NCBI GenBank assembly: GCA_040285825.1
Contig: JAUPSS010000003.1
Location: 1,364,001 to 1,428,000 of the forward strand
Origin: Eukaryota sp. TZLM1-RC
Taxonomy: Eukaryota > Protista > Metamonada: BaSk clade
Direction of reading: 5' to 3'
DNA length: 64,000 bases
Positions within the stretch are counted from its first letter, which is position 1; each line of letters starts with the position of its first letter. This document shows positions 11,166-22,355 of this stretch, piece by piece. The notes under the pieces are model-generated. The model saw only the letters and a list, made by a program, of their open reading frames with translations. It did no database searches and was not told the origin of the DNA. A program made the position numbers and the translations under genes.

Positions 11166-11748
11166 CTAAGTTCTACGTACAGAGTTTCGAACCAACCACT
11201 GAAGAACCAGGTCGATTCGCACCATATTTTTACAACTAATGTCATAACAGTCCACTTGTCTGTCCTGTATTGATTTAAGATCCAAAACTTCAACGAGTTG
11301 TGGTGCTGTGAGACTATCTTTAAGATCATTCTTGTTCCCCAGGACTAGGACGGGAATTCCGGCAAGAGAAGGGCGACTGAGTAGTTCGTGAAGAGCTTCC
11401 TTTGCTTCCTCATGGGTGTTGGTATCAGCAGCATCCACCATAAAAACAATTGAATTACATCCTCGACAGTATCTTTCCCATTGGGATCTAAGGTGAGGTG
11501 TGAAAGAAACAATACCTGAAACGAGATTGTCCTCCTATGTCCCAGAGTTTTATCGAGACGTTGCCCCGTTGAACCCTGGATACTTGAAAACCAACAGTTG
11601 GGATAGTGTTCATAGTGAATTCTCCAGTTGAGACTACACCGACAAAGGTAGTTTTACCACTATTGCCAAGACCAAGAAGTGAAAGCTCCATCTCCTGCTT
11701 CCAGAATAGACTTTTAAGCCAGTCAAGTAACTTGCTGATGAGTCCCAT
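11166..11748 (-). CDS. ARL8: ARF-like GTPase ARL8; 2 exons (11748-11516, 11487-11166), 184 aa
   Basis: [35 protein letters not shown]; [10 protein letters not shown]|SQWERYCRG is restored by splicing; VLGNKND. Confidence 0.95.
11488..11515 (-). other. 28-nt spliceosomal intron in ARL8
   Basis: GTATTGTTTCTTTCACACCTCACCTTAG; removal restores the conserved [12 protein letters not shown] in frame. Confidence 0.95.
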
Positions 11749-13047
11749 GATTGATGTGATTGAGGTTTGAAGAACCAAGGTGGGGTAACGAAATTTGGTG
11801 ATTCACTCCCCCTCACATTACATACACATTCCTTCTCTGAGCAAATAATTACATAAGTTATAAACTACTTAAACATTGAGGTCCTACGCTCCCAGTCATT
11901 TTGGCATCAACTATTGCAGAAAACATGACTTTTATATTTATTGTACAAAGTTTGCTGTGACAAAAAGCTATTATGTTGCAATAAATAGTGTATTGTAGGA
12001 GACAAAAGCAAATAGACAATAAATAATTTGTAAGTTTATCAAAGAGAATTTAAACAACTTTAATCTCGAAACAGATATGAACCTTTCAGATTTAAAAAGT
12101 GTCAATTAGTTCGGTTCCACAGCACACCTTCCAAGCATAACAAGCACTACCCTTTTTTGGTCCTCATAATGTACATTGTGTTACAAGAACAATTGCTTCA
12201 CCCATATGTTGGAATTTAAGTTGAAACGATCTGCCATCTTCATTTTGATTCTACTGAATTATCATTTTGCATTGTTTGTGAGCTGAAGTTCACTCCAGAT
12301 CCATGTTCTGATGGTTCATTCTGTCAAATTGTTTATTTCTGTCTCATCCTTTTCTTATGTGTTACTTCAAAATCTTCATCTAAATTTGACAGTTGTGGAC
12401 AGGAAAAAACAATGTAAACATTCAATTAAAATTGCTGGGGATTAATAGCTCAGCCTTCAAAAATACGTTTGAATGTATAGATAACATTTTGGAAACTTTA
12501 TAATAGAACTTGTAGACTTGAGGTTAACATAATAGTAAAATTAAAAAAAAAATAAAAAAAACTTGATGCAACTTTGTCTTGTTTTAATTGTTGTGTAATT
12601 TGTTCATTGTGCATCAATTGGCCACATTCTTTTATTCAATCGTTTGCTGTATTTAGCCTTGAGGTCATTTAATTGTATTTAGGACCATTAGTTCTGATTA
12701 AATTTTGCTAAATGTTGCAGTTCAATAAAATATTTCTCGAGCTACAAACACATCAAGAAACAAGTTGAAGTAATTTTAACTTTCAATTGGTGTGATTCAT
12801 CATTCTTTTATCAAGATGTAACAGAAAAATTACTCAATGCTGGTTAAATCACTAACTCTCCACGCCAAATGTGTGTAGTTCTGATGGTGAGAAAAATGAG
12901 CACATGAAGAAATCAGAAAGTCCAATGTTGGTCATGACCGACAGCACAGTATAAGTAGTTTAAAACTTTTCACCAAATAAATTCAATCATATGTAAAAAA
13001 ACTAAAAACAAATGAATTTATAAAATACCAATAAAATAACAAACAGA

Positions 13048-16000
13048 CTACTGAGCCAATAAACCTTCTTCATTTACACTTGACTTCAACAAAGCATGCT
13101 CCAAATCAGACAAAGATGCAGGATTGGAGATTGATCCTGAAGTGGTGGTCTTAATATAGTTATAAACTTTATGAGTGAAGAATCCAACAGTCAAGGTAAT
13201 TCCCAAGAACAATGACCAAAAGTAGATTGGATAGCCAACCTCCAACAAACATTCAGGGCCATAATAGCCTTCCATACAGACATTACAACGAGTACCAGCA
13301 TAGAATCCACGGTCTTCGTCTTGGAAGCATTGGCAGTCGTCATCGTCGCAAACTCCGTTACCATTACATAGCCATTCAGAAGAACAGATTGGGGTCAAGC
13401 AATCATCTCCCTTGTATAAAGGTTCACAGACATCGCAGTTGTCACCATCCCAAAAGCCATTCTTAGAGTCAGAGTAGCAGCTACAAGAACCATCAGTGTT
13501 ACATTCACCATTACCATTGCAAGTGGTTTCAGGTTCACAATTGAAAATAGCGCTAGTTTTGAGGGTGAAGGGGCAAGCTTTGGAAGTACCTTCAACGGCA
13601 AAGTACATTCTGCCAGTACCAAGGTCATCTTCTCCGATAGTAAACTTATGGACTCCCTTTCCACCATGCTGCTTGTTCCAATCGCTAGGATGGTGATGTC
13701 TAGCACTGGCATAAAGAGAGATACCTTCGAGACAGTCCTTATACTCATCAGAAACGGGAACAATTTCGGCATCAAGAGAAATCATTCGTTCAATAATAGG
13801 ATCTGTAATACGGTAGTTGAAGAATTTGTTCTCGTTGAGCATTACGCTTGAGGTGATCGGAACACTGTCATGAATGTGAACTGAGGACATCAAAGAAAGG
13901 ATGTAGAAGCTTCTTCGTGAATAACCATTGACAGAAACCAAAAAGCTACCTGAAATGCTTCCACTTTCATCATGGAGCATTTCTATATATGCAGCTTCAG
14001 TGTCAGCACCAGAGAGATCAAGTTTATAATCATACTGGGAAGCAGAAGGAAGACCAACAGAAGATACGTAAACAGAGACCAAAGACGAATTATCTCGTTG
14101 ACTGGGAGAATAAACTTGGATTTCTAACCAATGATCAGAATCCTGACCATCACTTGAGAAGAGATAAACATGCTCACTTACAGAAGCGGTCAAATCGTTC
14201 CACTGGTATTGACCATTGACAAGGGGGAAGACCAGAGATACATAAAGCTCAAACAGATCTGGGGTAGCATTGGAGGTGCCAAGATGTGCAACTGAAAAGA
14301 ACCAAGTGGAATCGCCATCAGAAACGGAAGAACCATCAACATTGCTTAAAAAGGTATTTCCAGGGGTGATGGTGTGATCAGCAGAGTGTTCATCGGGATT
14401 GCTCCAGAATTGAGAGACGTAGCAGTTGATTTTAGCTTCAGATTCTAGATGAACAATCAACTGAGCACCTGCACAATTACCCTGAACGGTGTTGAATAGA
14501 TATCTTTGCTTATTTTCAGGTTCAATCCACTGTACTAGGCGCTGGCCACTTGTGATAGGGGTGACTCTTCTAGTGATGGCCCTAACAGAGAATCGTGAAG
14601 TGGAAAGACCGCGGAGACCAACATACACATAACGACGATCACCAATGTCATCTCCTGGGATAACCAATTCCTTGACTCTTGGCTGGGTGCTTGAACCAGT
14701 GTAACGATGTGTCCAGGAAAGGGATGAAGGCATCTGGAAATCTAAATCAGCAAAGATTTCGATTGGAGAAGAAGATTCAGATTCGGTTGTAATATGGAAA
14801 TCTTCACCACCATGGTCAGAGGGGATTTCCAATCTGAAAAAGATAGACTTATCAGAGTCAATTGTCATTCTGTAGGTGGAATCTGCAGTCATTCTATGAA
14901 TAAATTGAGTTAAAACAGGAACACTGCTTCCAGAAAATTCTTCAGGGACATTGTCAATAGAAGAATAGTAATGGTGATAGTCACCAACCCAGAAGAAACC
15001 TTCGAAAAAGGCGATTCCTCTTGTTGAATAATCTCCAACTGCTTGGTTGTTGTCTTCATCTGGAATGACATGGGTGGTGGAACCATATATGGTGAACCCT
15101 TCAAGTCTTTCGGGGGGAAGTAAGATCTGGGTAGCAACACCAATGGTGCGGACGGGAATTTCGGCAGCACTTACAAAAGAGGAGAGAGATTCATTAGAGA
15201 CTGGCATCATGGTTTGGAATCCAGGTACCATGACATGATGCTGAGTAGACAATCGGAGTGAATACTCAATAGTAACTCTTGGTTGGAGAATGGTTGGAGC
15301 TAGACCAATGTAGAGGTGAGTTCCAGTGATGTGGACAGTAGGGATGGCCAAAACACCGCCTTTTTCAAGGAAGGAGACATCATCGTAGTGGGTGTCATCT
15401 GGGAATTGGTTGTCATCAGAAAAGGAAACATAGAAGAATGTAGATTCCAACCGCCATGATTCCGATGCAAGTGCAGCAATATAGGTCCCGGCATTAGGTT
15501 CTATAGGGAGGCGAAAATGAGCAAAACACCCACGAGAAAGGGTTCCAGTTAACTCTTCAAGATCTTCAACCTCTTGGAATTCAGTCGATCCTACATTGAT
15601 AGTGAATCCCGTGGATCTAGACACATCAATAGTCATAAACACTGGAGTGGCAAGCTCTGCGGTTATTTCAGTTTCGAAAGTGGTGGAGGTAACAGAAATA
15701 GTGTTATCAGCATCAGTGGGGCGGCCATTGGACTGGGACCAGTAAATGTTATCAACATTACCAGATTGGGCTTCGAGCTCTAGCTTCAGCTTGACTCCTT
15801 CCAAACATGCGGGTACAGAAAACACCACCTTATCACTAGAATGATAGGTGAATGGGGTGTTTTGGCGGAGAGGAATGGCGGAGGTGACCGTGACGGTGTA
15901 ATCGGTTCCGCCCTCGGGAAACTCCACTGCTGGATAGAGGGAGAAGTAAACTGTATTACGACGCCAAAACTCAGGTTCAATTGTAATATGATCAACGGCA

Positions 16001-16227
16001 CTGAAGGTGGCGTTCCAGGGAGCAGGATACGGTTCGCGGTCAACCAAGATAGAGACTGCTTCTGAAGTCTCCACCCAGATCAAGATTTCCTCGTCATTCT
16101 TGGATTCGAATGAGAAAAACTGAGGGTTTCTCCCACGGAGAGAACCACTGTGCGGAACATTAGAGTTGAGTTTAAGAGGTTCAGATAGCGCAATTGTTAT
16201 GCACACAAGCAACAGGAGGAGGCGCAT
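13048..16227 (-). CDS. type I membrane/surface protein with repeated beta-sandwich-like modules and C-terminal EGF/laminin-like domains
   Basis: Signal peptide MRLLLLLVCITIALS; recurring Y.S....P......D modules; two CNGNG.C....C.C......GF..G..C..C EGF units; TM segment YPIYFWSLFLGITLTVGFF; short tail. Confidence 0.8.
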   Translation of the reverse strand: MRLLLLLVCITIALSEPLKLNSNVPHSGSLRGRNPQFFSFESKNDEEILIWVETSEAVSILVDREPYPAPWNATFSAVDHITIEPEFWRRNTVYFSLYPAVEFPEGGTDYTVTVTSAIPLRQNTPFTYHSSDKVVFSVPACLEGVKLKLELEAQSGNVDNIYWSQSNGRPTDADNTISVTSTTFETEITAELATPVFMTIDVSRSTGFTINVGSTEFQEVEDLEELTGTLSRGCFAHFRLPIEPNAGTYIAALASESWRLESTFFYVSFSDDNQFPDDTHYDDVSFLEKGGVLAIPTVHITGTHLYIGLAPTILQPRVTIEYSLRLSTQHHVMVPGFQTMMPVSNESLSSFVSAAEIPVRTIGVATQILLPPERLEGFTIYGSTTHVIPDEDNNQAVGDYSTRGIAFFEGFFWVGDYHHYYSSIDNVPEEFSGSSVPVLTQFIHRMTADSTYRMTIDSDKSIFFRLEIPSDHGGEDFHITTESESSSPIEIFADLDFQMPSSLSWTHRYTGSSTQPRVKELVIPGDDIGDRRYVYVGLRGLSTSRFSVRAITRRVTPITSGQRLVQWIEPENKQRYLFNTVQGNCAGAQLIVHLESEAKINCYVSQFWSNPDEHSADHTITPGNTFLSNVDGSSVSDGDSTWFFSVAHLGTSNATPDLFELYVSLVFPLVNGQYQWNDLTASVSEHVYLFSSDGQDSDHWLEIQVYSPSQRDNSSLVSVYVSSVGLPSASQYDYKLDLSGADTEAAYIEMLHDESGSISGSFLVSVNGYSRRSFYILSLMSSVHIHDSVPITSSVMLNENKFFNYRITDPIIERMISLDAEIVPVSDEYKDCLEGISLYASARHHHPSDWNKQHGGKGVHKFTIGEDDLGTGRMYFAVEGTSKACPFTLKTSAIFNCEPETTCNGNGECNTDGSCSCYSDSKNGFWDGDNCDVCEPLYKGDDCLTPICSSEWLCNGNGVCDDDDCQCFQDEDRGFYAGTRCNVCMEGYYGPECLLEVGYPIYFWSLFLGITLTVGFFTHKVYNYIKTTTSGSISNPASLSDLEHALLKSSVNEEGLLAQ

Positions 16228-16277
16228 TTGTATGATAAAAAAATATTTGTAAATTTAAATGCGATGAATCAAAATCT

Positions 16278-16515
16278 ATTTATTGAGCTTTTACACTTAA
16301 CCACTCATAACTAATGGGACGAAATTCATTGAACCAAGATTTCCTCTACAAAATCTTGATCTGCTTGCTGTCTAGCTAAAGCTTCTCTTATTCGATTGAA
16401 AAACCGAGATAATTTATTAATAATGGCAAATTGAATTCGAGAGCGCCATAAAAAGATATCAAATCTTTTTATTGTTTTTGTTGAACCATTTTTTTTGGAA
16501 ATCATTCAAAACAAT
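16278..16515 (-). mobile_element. CRE-like family B 3' fragment
   Basis: Reverse complement matches 8370-8600 and 25380-25615 (ALARQQADQDFVEEILVQ* plus 3'UTR). Confidence 0.85.
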
Positions 16516-16589
16516 GCGATGAATGGTGTAAGAGAGAAACTCATTTTTTATCGTACCATATTGATTGTCCAAATAGCGAATAATAATTC

Positions 16590-17255
16590 ATCAAATACAC
16601 AATCAAATACTCCACTTTTTCAAAACCTGCATCTCCTACATCGAAACAGTCAATTTTTAAAGATTCAGAAAATTTACCAAAAGAAGAAAGTGAATCAGAT
16701 ATTAATTTCACCATTTTTTTATAAATAGAAATACAATCTTGTTTTGCCAGTGAACACGATTGAAAATTGTTCCAGTTCTTTTCTTTGCAACTACATAGAA
16801 ATCCTCAAGATAAGTCAAAACATGATATCTAAAATGGTAAAGCTTCCATTTAAGCCTTGAACACCAAATCATCTCTTGGCAGACACTTAGAAGCTCTACC
16901 GTAGCGCGAACTATCAATATTGGGGTCATCAAGATTTACTCTTGATAGCAAAGCTCTAAAAGGAATCTACTCGATAAGATTTACGCATTACATACATTTG
17001 GTTCCTGACATTATTATGCACTTTACCTCTAAATGTAATAAACCACTTACAGTTCAAAAGGTGAGTAAACAACAGAGGTTTGCCACATTTACATGTCAAA
17101 TGATTAGGCAAATTGTTGGGCTCTAGAAAACAACGAAAACGCATGTTTAAAAGCCATTCATTGTTTTTTCAAAGAGTTCCACGAGTCGAGGGAAGTTGAG
17201 TTACTAAAGCAGCAGCAAAACTATTGCGAATGTCTTTGAAAAAATTTCCGAATAC
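16590..17255 (-). mobile_element. CRE-like family A fragment (Zn knuckle/RLE, internally deleted)
   Basis: MRFRCFLEPNNLPNHLTCKCGKPLLFTHLLNCK is nearly identical to 3366-3470; WQNKIVF; 3' end resembles 4050-4110. Confidence 0.85.
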
Positions 17256-17470
17256 CTATTAAATACCCCAATTTGTCCAGAAGACCCATTACCACCATTA
17301 CCAAACCAAATAATAGTTTTCCTGTTATTGGCTAGTATCTTAATTTTGTTAATAAATTCAATTAATCTCTTTTGTCTTCTAGTAAAACCAAACTGCTTCC
17401 ACCTATAAAGCCCTCTGTAAATGTTTCCAAAATACCCCAAAAAGCCTCCCTTGGCAGCACTTTTCCTACA
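17256..17470 (-). pseudogene. Fanzor (TnpB-like) fragment, 'WFGNGG' subfamily
   Basis: RRQKRLIEFINKIKILANNRKTIIWFGNGGNG aligns with IRKQKRVSSIISKVKKFANGREVKV*FGNGGGG of the 43930-45730 element; cut off by the CRE-A fragment. Confidence 0.65.
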
Positions 17471-17908
17471 TCTTCACCCCAAAGATTCCCATCTAATTAA
17501 TTAATTCTATACATTGATGGGAATCATAATTCCACAAACTTGCAACATACACTACAATATTCTTTAAAAATACATTTCTGTATTTTGAGTTTGGGATAAG
17601 GTAGATCACTAAGTCATTGTTGGCGCAACAACATCACAACAAGCGTACAGGTACACAATACCTGAAATTACACCTTTCTACTGAAAAAATGTTGTGTTGC
17701 GGATTATGTAAGATTGTAATCAATGAAGTTTAATAATTATTTCAACTTCAACATAGGAAGATGTCTTTACTTTATGCGTGCTGGAGCTGAAGAGCGTAGG
17801 CTCCAATATTTATCATTGAAATTATTGTTTGGTTAATAGTCCAGATCTCTTGTAGATCAAGTATTTTTTAATTCACTTATTATCAGCCTAAAGTATTCAA
17901 ATAAAGGG

Positions 17909-18358
17909 TCAAGTGCTTTTTATCTCTTTTGTTAAATTTAATAAATCTTCTATTGATTTTTGTTGCGCATTAACATAATCCCCTCTCATGATCTGCAATG
18001 CGACAATTTCTGTGTGAATTTCAGACTTGCTTCTGAATCCCATGATTCTACCAATAATTTTTGGAACACTCAAATTAAAAAAACCCTCGCCCAATGCTGA
18101 TAAACCACAGATGAAAATACCTAAGCTGAGATTGGGACCTTTTGCTAAATATGTGGACAACACCATGAGGGCCAGACATGCTGCTCTTAACGTAAACGAA
18201 AAGCTTTCTAAAGTGATTTCCATCTGCAACTTGTTCATGTCAGTCACCTGAATTTCGTGTTCATCTTTCTGCCTTTTCTGAATGTCTTTGAGTGTCCTTC
18301 TGTCTGAGAATCTTAATAAAGACACTTTTTGCCTTAACCAGTGATCTAAGTCTTTCAT
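17909..18358 (-). CDS. hypothetical membrane protein (149 aa, about 2 TM)
   Basis: ATG-started intact ORF with two hydrophobic stretches; no recognised family. Confidence 0.5.
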   Translation of the reverse strand: MKDLDHWLRQKVSLLRFSDRRTLKDIQKRQKDEHEIQVTDMNKLQMEITLESFSFTLRAACLALMVLSTYLAKGPNLSLGIFICGLSALGEGFFNLSVPKIIGRIMGFRSKSEIHTEIVALQIMRGDYVNAQQKSIEDLLNLTKEIKST

Positions 18359-18439
18359 TGGATGAAGAGAATAACGTATTTTTAGAAATACTCGTTTTAG
18401 AAATCTTTTTGATAATGATCCACTTGATGATGATCCACT

Positions 18440-18782
18440 TTTTTAGATGCTATGCTCATGTATCCTTGTGGTTCTTTCAATGAACATTTAACTGGTTGTG
18501 ATGTCAATCATCCTCATCGTGCTGGGGAATCTGTTTGTTTCCTTGCTTGGTTCTTCAGCTAAGGCTGCTTTGGCATTCCTGAACGATTTTAGCGTTGTTG
18601 TGAAGGACAGAACTGGAAGAATTTTTAATCTGATTTATTGGCAATATTGAATTGTGTTTTCAATTTATAATAGAATGGTGAAATAACTTTCTAATTCGAT
18701 TTTCTTTGGTCGATTTTCAAAATCATTGCTCATTAATTCTTTCGATGTTGGAGAGGTAGGTTTTGAGGACGTAGAGCCTTAG
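18440..18782 (+). mobile_element. CRE-like family A 3' fragment
   Basis: Matches 3680-4100 and closely matches 38068-38480; ends VGEVGFEDVEP*. Confidence 0.8.
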
Positions 18783-18799
18783 TTGTTTGTTCGATATAT

Positions 18800-19086
18800 C
18801 TATTTCTATTTATTGGTTAATGAAAATATGGTCATTTTGCCAATAAACACAGATTGCAAAGTCTTTCTCATTGAATCAAAGTCTCAAAAATAACACATAA
18901 CAGAAATTGATTATATATGTATAAAAAAGAATCAAAAACATGGCTAAAATCGTGAAGAGATTATTTGGTTTAGGAAAGGAGGTGATGGACCATCCCTTCA
19001 AAGAGTGAAAACAGCAAGAAAGCGTTTTCTGAAGTATCTCAAGGCTCGATTTCCAGCCGTGAAGGATGGAGGTCAATACTATACAT
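18800..19086 (+). pseudogene. Fanzor fragment, duplicate of 38500-38766
   Basis: Plus frame NREEIIWFRKGGDGPSLQRVKTARKRFLKYLKARFPAVKDGGQYYT covers the region up to RuvC-II (DEY.TS). Confidence 0.65.
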
Positions 19087-19334
19087 GTTTTATAAGAAGA
19101 AATTGACATACAGAAGTGTAATAGTTTTCGAGCTCTCAAATGCTCGTATTGCATCCTTTCTGCAAGAGATTTTTACATATAGTTGGCTGATGAAGTAGAA
19201 TGATAGAAACACCATGGGTGATGACTTAAAAGTGTTGCAAATTCATTGTTTCGTTGTTTGTTAATAGGAAAAATGGTTTTGTTCTTAGAAAAACGTATTT
19301 TTTATATCAACATATTTGTATTGTTTTCCAATTC

Positions 19335-21522
19335 ATGTTAGTTCCTGACTATCTGAAAAGTTACTTTCAGTCATTAGTGGCGCAGCTACTTCATGGCTGT
19401 GGGCGATCAAGCTGTACAAACATATACTGTGCTTCTTGTTCTGAATGTAATCGACCTGCAGATGTGAATCAAGCAGCTATCATGGCATTGGGTTTGGTGA
19501 AAACAGGTCGTTTGGACCTTTTATGCCCTCCAGTGTCAAAGGAAGCTTCCCTTCCTCCTTTGGATCTACCCTCAAGAACCGATTTTACCCTATTTCAATC
19601 TGAATCAGACGTTCTGCCCGATATTCTCTCCTCTGTTCTAGGTTCTCCATCTTCTATTATTTCAAACTTCTTCTCATCCAAACCTGGTGATTCACTGGGT
19701 ATTGATATTGATCGAACTGATGAATTCTTTTCAATCATAAACCCATTAATCAACAAGTCTTCTAACCTTCAAGATGTGGTGACAGGTTCGATCCACAAAC
19801 TTTTAGCTGGCTTTCCTAACACAGCTCCAAATTTCCAATCGAGATCAGGAAACCCCCCTGATTCAGCTGTCTTAAGGTCAATGGTGTTGCTCCTTCTTTT
19901 CCCCATTCTTTCTGAACCAGATTCAATCAATGCTATACTTCGGTTAACTGGGGTGTTGGGGGCTTTACCATCTGATTCCAGAAAGATTATAGCAGATTGG
20001 CTGGCAACTGTTCCTGCTAGTTATTTCAGAACTATTTTGGTTAACATTCAACAACAGCTCACAATTTTAGTGGCCAGAGTCGTTGCACAAGCTTTCAATG
20101 TAGATATTCACAATAGTCGGCCACTGGTGCAGACAATGTCTATTCTCTACGATGCCAATGTCGTAGCGTCCTCCATTGCAGCTCCTTTGATTGAGCACAC
20201 TGAGTTTTACAATGATGCTATTAATGCTGATATTGATTTAACTAGAGATACAATTGCCTGTATAGAAGATCCTTCACATAGTCTTTTTGTTGGTCCCGGT
20301 CCCTTCCTTCTCAATCCAAGATCCAAGGCAAGGGTTCTTCAAGCTGAGGCGAGAGGGATGCAAAGAAAGTTCCAGCAGGATGCTTTTATGTCTCAGTTGT
20401 TTGCTCCTCTGATGCAGACTCGGCCCCAGAACCCTTACCTCTTTTTAAAAGTTCATAGAGACAAACTCCTACATGAAACCCTTCACCGTCTCTCCACCAT
20501 CCCCCCAACTGAGCTGAAGAAACAGCTAAAGGTGCAGTTTATTGGAGAACAAGGGGTTGATGAAGGAGGATTGAGACAGGAGTTTTTTCAATTGGTAACT
20601 GAGGAAATTCTTGATGAAAAGTATGGCATGTTCCATTACACAGGGGATAACACTCTAAGATGGTTCAATATGACGGCTACTGGCAGAGAATCTGAATATG
20701 AGCTTACTGGAATCTTGGTCGGCCTTGCTTTTTTTAATGGAATAACTGTTGATTTGCGATTTCCAACCGCTGTCTGGAAGCAACTACTTGATGAACCAGT
20801 TTCGCTACCAGATTTGCAGGATATTGACTATGATCTTACTCATGGGCTCAACCAACTACTTGACTACCCTGGTGATGACGTGGAGGATGTCTTCTGCAGG
20901 ACGTGGGTCATTGAGAGAGATGTTTTCGACACGAAAAAAACCTTTGAGTTAGTACCGGGTGGGAAGGATATTCCAGTAACAAGTGCAAATAAGGTTGAAT
21001 TTGTAGATGCTTTTACCCAGTTTTTGCTTGTTCATTCTATTAAAGATCAATTTCAACCATTCAAGAGAGGTTTCAGGAAGCTTTTCCAAGATCTTAAGAT
21101 GGTATCTCACCTTTCCCTCAAACCAGCCGAACTCGAACTTATTGTCTGTGGAGAACAGGAAATGGACTTTAAGGCGTTGGAGAGGAGAACTATTTATGAT
21201 GGTTATTCGGCCGATTCAGCTACCATCAGTTTGTTAAATCTATCTTTTTTTAATCCCAGAAGCATTTTGGAATCTCATTCATGATCTTCCTCCAGAACAA
21301 CAACGGAAATTTCTGCAGTTTGTAACTGGGTCTAGTCGTGTGCCAGTCGGAGGACTCAAAGAAATGAAGTTTATCATTGCACGAACGGCCAATACTTCAC
21401 AACTGCCAAGCTCACATACGTGTTTTAATGTGCTAGTGCTGCCTGACTACAATGATGAAGCCACACTTAGAGAAAAGTTCATGTTGGCAATACAGAATGC
21501 AGAAGGTTTTGGTCTGATTTAG
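19335..21522 (+). CDS. UBE3A/E6AP-like HECT E3 ligase with N-terminal AZUL zinc domain; 2 exons (19335-21228, 21260-21522), 718 aa
   Basis: QLLHGCGRSSCTNIYCASC (AZUL); LKKQLKVQFIGEQGVDEGGLRQEFFQL; LPSSHTCFN catalytic Cys; terminal AEGFGLI. Confidence 0.9.
21229..21259 (+). other. 31-nt spliceosomal intron in the HECT gene
   Basis: GTTTGT...TTAATCCCAG; removal gives YSADSATIKAFWNLIH...KFLQFVTG, the canonical HECT C-lobe. Confidence 0.92.
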
Positions 21523-21939
21523 ATGTAAATAAACGTAGGTTATAAATTCTTCCAAATTTTGTTGAATAAAGATAAATCAACACATCGACAATGAATTTTT
21601 TTAATGAATACGACAAATTTTCATTCTTTGTTGATGCTGACAAGCTACACAACTATCAATATCCAACGATTGTGTTAACATTTGAAGGTAATTCCAAAAT
21701 GGACGTTATTCAAGCTTCATCATCCCAACAATATTTTAAAGATTACGGTGCAACACTTGTTTATTTTTCTATTGAGAAGGTGGTTACTCATTTAAAAGAT
21801 ATTCTCACCAAAAAATATAGTTCATAAATTCAATTTTTCAATACAGCGGAATTGGGTCCAACCAATAATGGTTTTGCTTCTTTTAATAAGATTTTGTGAT
21901 CCAAATTCATTTAATAAACTATTGAAATAAATACTTCCG

Positions 21940-22175
21940 TTCCACCCAAAACAAAAGTAGATGTAACTCTCATTATGGGATACCAGGAAAAGTAGTCAAT
22001 CACTAACCAACTTCTTCATCCTGTTAAAAAAAGCAACTAAAATACCAATTATCTAGTAAGGTGCTCCCATTATTTGAGCCATTTTCAACAATCAGTTTAA
22101 AATCTGTCACAAAACGCAAGACAGAGGGAGCGAGTGAACCAAATAGGGAAAGCTCAAATGGATACAAATTGTTTT
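21940..22175 (-). mobile_element. decayed CRE-like family A 3' fragment
   Basis: NLYPFELSLFGSLAPSVLRFVTDFKLIV aligns with NLYPFVFSLFGSLAPTALRFLDDFEMIV at 217-519. Confidence 0.7.
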
Positions 22176-22355
22176 TTCTGTGTTGTTGGGTGCAGGAATT
22201 GGTTAATACCACTAACAGCATGGGGAAGAACTGATTAAAATCTTTCAAAACAATCATTAACAATTGTTGATCAACCACTTTTAAACAGTTGCGCAGGGTA
22301 TCTCATGTAAAAGTATCTGGTGTGTGTGTGTTCTGTTTTGTGCCCACTACCAGCA

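Noticed and set aside
11880-13000. Intergenic region with coding-like patches (possible SWIM/MULE relic)
   Set aside because: No motif series strong enough to assign.
17782-17805. TGGAGC...GCTCCA hairpin
   Set aside because: Only a 6-bp stem, no second copy seen, and no terminal motif.
21591-21827. 78-aa ORF after the HECT gene
   Set aside because: No recognisable motif, AT-rich and adjacent to TE debris; not supportable.
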